Assembly (NCBI GenBank): GCA_944383965.1
Contig: CALWRQ010000001.1
Span: forward strand, 2,364 to 66,363
Reading direction: 5' to 3'
Source: an uncultured Lachnospiraceae bacterium
GTDB lineage: Bacteria; Bacillota; Clostridia; Lachnospirales; Lachnospiraceae
DNA: 64,000 bases
Shown in pieces: positions 60,186 to 64,000 of the stretch (its first letter is position 1; each line of letters opens with the position of its first letter). The notes beneath the pieces were generated by a model. That model had not been told where the DNA came from. It saw only the letters and a list, made by a program, of their open reading frames with translations, and searched no databases. Made by a program: the position numbers and the translations under genes.

Positions 60186-61226
60186 CTATACGATTTCATC
60201 CAGAAAGATCCCCTGGAGGGGCCGGATCTGTTCGGCCCACTCCGGAAGGCCTTCCGGTATTTTATAACCCATGAGCCATTCTGCCAGCTCTTCAATGCCC
60301 ACAGACGGGCAGTCTCCCGGATCCGCCATCCGCTCTATCCGGGAACCGGTTTTATTCAGAGTCCAGCAGAATACTCCGTCATTCTCAGGAATCAGCTCAT
60401 CCCGGACCCGGATCTGCTGCCGCAGTTCTTCCTCCGGCACATTCTCTTTCAGAGAAATGGGCCGGACAAATTCTTCCAGACAGGTGATCCGGGCCATAAT
60501 GATCGGCTTCGGACTTCCTGCCGGGCAAACCAGATCCTCTTCCCCATACAGAAAGCGCCGTTCCCTGCTGTCCCAGCCCCACCAGCTCTCCATTCCCCGG
60601 ATCCGGCCCGTATCCTTGTCTCTTAATACCGTCCAGGAACCATTTTCACTGATCAGCTCCAGCATGGTGCGGCGGATATAAGCTTCATCACGAACCGAGC
60701 TCACTTCATATCGTTTTTCAAGAAACGCCTGCTGCCAGCAGGCCAGCTCTCGGATCGCCCGGTCCGGCTCCGTCTGCTCTGTCAGATCCGCCTCCGTCTT
60801 CTCCAGACCTCCCCAGGCCTCTTCCTTCCACTCCAGCGCGGGGCGGTCCCAGACAAACCGGAAACCGAAAGGACGGTATATGGCCTCTGCCGCAGGCATG
60901 AGAAAGGTAAAGGGCTCCCGGGCTGCATTCATGTCCTTCAGCATTTTTTTCAGCAGATCGCCCATATGCCCTCTGTGACGCCGGTCTCTTCTGGTCGCCA
61001 CGCCTACAATATAAGCAAGGGTATTCTGACGGTCTCTTATCCGGATCCGGTAAGGATTCAGATGAACCATGGAAATGATCTCCCCATCCTCCTCCTTCAC
61101 CAGAATCCGGTTGTCCTTCACCTTTTCTCTGTAATAATAATCATCAAAAGACTTTGAATCCTCCGGAAAAGCTTCTTCCCAGAGAGCTCTTGTCTTTCCT
61201 TTTTCATTCTGTTCCAGATATCTCAC
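60186..61226 (-). CDS. Eis-like GNAT acetyltransferase with an SCP2-like C-terminus
   Basis: YIVGVAT...RHRGHM, FLMPA...IY.PFGF and D..IPEN.G motifs. Confidence 0.75.
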   Translation of the reverse strand: MRYLEQNEKGKTRALWEEAFPEDSKSFDDYYYREKVKDNRILVKEEDGEIISMVHLNPYRIRIRDRQNTLAYIVGVATRRDRRHRGHMGDLLKKMLKDMNAAREPFTFLMPAAEAIYRPFGFRFVWDRPALEWKEEAWGGLEKTEADLTEQTEPDRAIRELACWQQAFLEKRYEVSSVRDEAYIRRTMLELISENGSWTVLRDKDTGRIRGMESWWGWDSRERRFLYGEEDLVCPAGSPKPIIMARITCLEEFVRPISLKENVPEEELRQQIRVRDELIPENDGVFCWTLNKTGSRIERMADPGDCPSVGIEELAEWLMGYKIPEGLPEWAEQIRPLQGIFLDEIV

Positions 61227-61234
61227 ATTTCACC

Positions 61235-62146
61235 TCAGTCCATGATCTGCTCCACACTGTACTTTCTTGCAAAACCCACCGGATTGTAGGACATCTTTGC
61301 TTTTCTCAGTCCCTCCAGTCCCAGATCGTCCTCCCGGTTGACCAGAGCAGCATCCGGAAAGGCATGAACCAGGAATTCCCGGTTGATATACTGATACAGT
61401 CCCCGGATCTCCGGATTTGCTTTTTCAATATGGATCACCGCCATATTTTCCCGCTTATTGAAGCTGCCGATGGTAAAGGCCTGCAGCCTGTCGTCAATAT
61501 AGACGCTTCCCATTTCCACAGGAAGAACGGAGCAGTTCTTCAGGATCTCGTGGATTCCCCTGACTTCATAGTCCAGATGCTCCTCTACATCCTCGCCTTT
61601 CTGCTGACGCCAGGCGTCCAGAAACTTCCATACATCATCCCGGTCAGAACAGCACAGCTTTCTGTATTCCGCCCGTTCTCCGTAAGCCTTTACAAAGGAA
61701 TTGTAGTTGTTCTTTTTCTTATGAAGCTTCTTTCCGGCCAGCGTGCGAAGCGCCTCTCCATCATAAAGATAATCTTTCAGATCTTCCTGTTCTGTTACCC
61801 GAAAGCGTGCCGGATCCAGATTGAGCTTCAGAACCGCTTCCTCATCGGCCAGGTAAATGCGAAGGGGTTTTTTCAGCACCTGGTTGAAATAATCCACCAT
61901 TTCGTAGAAATAATGCTCCAGATCTTCCTCCGCGCACAGCGGCATGGCACTGTAGGGCTCCCCGTCCAGTTCCATCAGCCACTGTACGGCTTTTCCGTCG
62001 CTGATGGCAAACTGTACATGATAATATTCTCTCCACAGAAAGCTGTCCAAAAACACGCTGTCACAGGTCCTGTTGGGTCTTAACCCTACAAATGGACTGA
62101 TCTCTGCAATGTCTTCTGCTTCCACCGGTTTAAAATTCAAGTTCAT
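61235..62146 (-). CDS. DUF2156 protein (aminoacyl-PG synthase C-terminal/GNAT-like domain, soluble)
   Basis: DYLY...L.GKK...K.N, HIEKA and NREDDLG..GLRKAK.SY.P motifs. Confidence 0.8.
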   Translation of the reverse strand: MNLNFKPVEAEDIAEISPFVGLRPNRTCDSVFLDSFLWREYYHVQFAISDGKAVQWLMELDGEPYSAMPLCAEEDLEHYFYEMVDYFNQVLKKPLRIYLADEEAVLKLNLDPARFRVTEQEDLKDYLYDGEALRTLAGKKLHKKKNNYNSFVKAYGERAEYRKLCCSDRDDVWKFLDAWRQQKGEDVEEHLDYEVRGIHEILKNCSVLPVEMGSVYIDDRLQAFTIGSFNKRENMAVIHIEKANPEIRGLYQYINREFLVHAFPDAALVNREDDLGLEGLRKAKMSYNPVGFARKYSVEQIMD

Positions 62147-62361
62147 TCTTATCCCTCTTGTACTTTCTTTTTTGGTCTGATTCTTCCTGAACAATCATTC
62201 CCACATTGGGAGAAATGAATACTGTCCGTTGGTTTTCCACTCCATTTTACCATAGCCCGCGAGAAAATCAATGACAGAAAAGAGGGGCAAAAAAGAACCG
62301 ATCCTGGCGTTTCCGCACCGGACCGGTCTTTTTCATCATGTATCCTGTCGTTTGGGGATCC

Positions 62362-63378
62362 TCAGCTTCTGTAGCCGTTCGGGTTGGCAGACTGCCATCT
62401 CCAGGCATCCTGGCACATCTCGTCAATGCCTCTCTCTGCCGTCCAGCCCAGTTCCTCTTTTGCCTTGGTAGCATCCGCATAGCAGGTAGCAATGTCTCCC
62501 GCTCTTCTGGGCTTGATCACATAGGGAATCTCATGGCCTACTGCCTTGGAAAATGCCTGGATCATCTCCAGCACACTGTAGCCCCGGCCGGTTCCCAGAT
62601 TATAAATATACACATCAGGCTGATCGTCAAACTTGCGAAGGGCCTTCACATGGCCGGACGCCAGATCCATCACATGGATGTAATCTCTCACACCGGTTCC
62701 GTCAGGTGTATCGTAATCATTTCCGAATACATTCACCTCTTTCAGTTTGCCCACTGCCACCTGGGTAATGTAGGGGGTAAGATTGTTGGGAATGCCGGAG
62801 GGATCCTCGCCGATACGGCCGCTTTCGTGAGCGCCCACCGGATTGAAGTAACGAAGCAGAATCACGTTCCATTCCGGATCAGCCACATGCAGATCAGTCA
62901 GCACCTGCTCCAGCATGCTCTTGGTCTGGCCGTAAGGGTTGGTGATCTTTCCCTTCGGGCAGTCCTCTGTAATCGGAATGAACGCCGGATCGCCGTAAAC
63001 CGTAGCAGAAGAACTGAAAATGATCTTCTTCACGCCATGGCTGCGCATTACATCGCAAAGTACCAGAGTACCTGTAATGTTGTTCTGATAGTATTCCAGA
63101 GGCTTGGCCACAGACTCTCCTACTGCCTTCAGGCCGGCAAAGTGGATGACTGCATCGATCTTCTCCTTATCGAAAACTGCTTCCAGAGCCGCCTTATCCA
63201 GCAGATCCGCCTTATAGAATGCCAGATCCTTTCCTGTCAGTTCCTTTACACGGTTTAAGGACTCTTCGCAGGAATTGCAGAGGTTATCCACCACTACCAC
63301 CTCGTGACCCTGATTCAGAAGCTCCAGACACGTATGGCTTCCAATGTATCCGGCTCCTCCCGTAACTAAAATTTTCAT
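62362..63378 (-). CDS. galE: UDP-glucose 4-epimerase
   Basis: [18 protein letters not shown] and YGQTK motifs. Confidence 0.96.
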   Translation of the reverse strand: MKILVTGGAGYIGSHTCLELLNQGHEVVVVDNLCNSCEESLNRVKELTGKDLAFYKADLLDKAALEAVFDKEKIDAVIHFAGLKAVGESVAKPLEYYQNNITGTLVLCDVMRSHGVKKIIFSSSATVYGDPAFIPITEDCPKGKITNPYGQTKSMLEQVLTDLHVADPEWNVILLRYFNPVGAHESGRIGEDPSGIPNNLTPYITQVAVGKLKEVNVFGNDYDTPDGTGVRDYIHVMDLASGHVKALRKFDDQPDVYIYNLGTGRGYSVLEMIQAFSKAVGHEIPYVIKPRRAGDIATCYADATKAKEELGWTAERGIDEMCQDAWRWQSANPNGYRS

Positions 63379-63571
63379 GTTCTCACCCTCCTGTTTGACA
63401 TATTGAACAGCTAAAGCCGCTTCCCCTTTTTGCAGATCCCACAGCTTTTTTTCATTATATCAACTTTTTCCTGAAAGAAAAAGAAGGATTTCTTTTCATC
63501 ATAGAAAAGTTTATTGGATTTTGCACAAAAAAGGGAGGCTGGAATTCCAGCCTCCCCTGCGGCATATGCCG

Positions 63572-64000
63572 TCAGCCTTCAATGGCGATCCGTTTGGTTT
63601 CCTCAACCTTCTGAACCTCTTTTTTCGGAACAGTAAGTTTTAAGATTCCGTTTTCAAATTTACCCCGGATATCCTCTTCCGTCACGCCCTCGCCCACATA
63701 GAAGCTTCTGCTGCAGCTTCCTGCGTAACGCTCCTGACGGATCAGACGGCCCTTTTTATCCTGCTCATCCTTGTCCAGTCCTTTGGCCGCGGAGATGATC
63801 AGATAACCGTCTTTCAGTTCTGCGCTGACTTCATCTTTCTTGAAGCCCGGCAGATCGATGTCCAGCTCGTAGCTGTCATCCAGCTCTCTCACATCGGTTT
63901 TCATCAGGTTCTTGGCGTTCTTGCCGTACAGCGGGTTTCTCTTTCCAAAGAATTCTCTCTCAAAAGGAAAATCCATCCAGTCATCAAATAAGTTCTCTCC
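63572..64000 (-). CDS. Hsp20/alpha-crystallin small heat-shock protein (start lies beyond the window end)
   Basis: MKTDVRE, DLPG, ER..G...RSF and NGIL...PK motifs; the frame is open to the window edge (GENLFDDW). Confidence 0.9.
   Translation of the reverse strand, partial: GENLFDDWMDFPFEREFFGKRNPLYGKNAKNLMKTDVRELDDSYELDIDLPGFKKDEVSAELKDGYLIISAAKGLDKDEQDKKGRLIRQERYAGSCSRSFYVGEGVTEEDIRGKFENGILKLTVPKKEVQKVEETKRIAIEG

Overview
A 64-kb core-chromosome segment of a spore-forming anaerobic Firmicute, most likely Lachnospiraceae (inferred from gene content and order). Most genes lie on the minus strand. In order it holds: pheA (partial), plsC, rarA, five tRNAs, an isocitrate dehydrogenase-family gene, a GH13 enzyme, the mazG-hup-S4-yabP-yabQ-divIC-spoIIE-tilS-hpt-ftsH block, and a six-gene polyamine operon (speD, speA, speE, speB, CASDH, nspC). 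It continues with spmB, a FabT-like MarR regulator, degV, a duplicated array of four M20 amidohydrolases around an uncharacterised transporter, spmA, tspO, and a full fab/acc cluster ending in a FabX-like gene. The last part has adhE with an APH-like kinase, an amino-acid ABC transporter with an AbgB-like hydrolase, rpsF-ssb-rpsR, a DUF2156/GNAT/sirtuin/DUF951 run, galE and hsp20 (partial). I saw no mobile element or CRISPR array. The most striking unexplained structure is the ~500-nt leader of the polyamine operon. It has a promoter, a structured 5' domain, short uORFs, an intrinsic terminator and a mutually exclusive antiterminator whose 5' strand lies inside a uORF, which suggests a ribosome-coupled attenuator. 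A stand-alone C-rich sRNA candidate lies downstream of ftsH. All RNA pairings were made by eye and no database searches were run.
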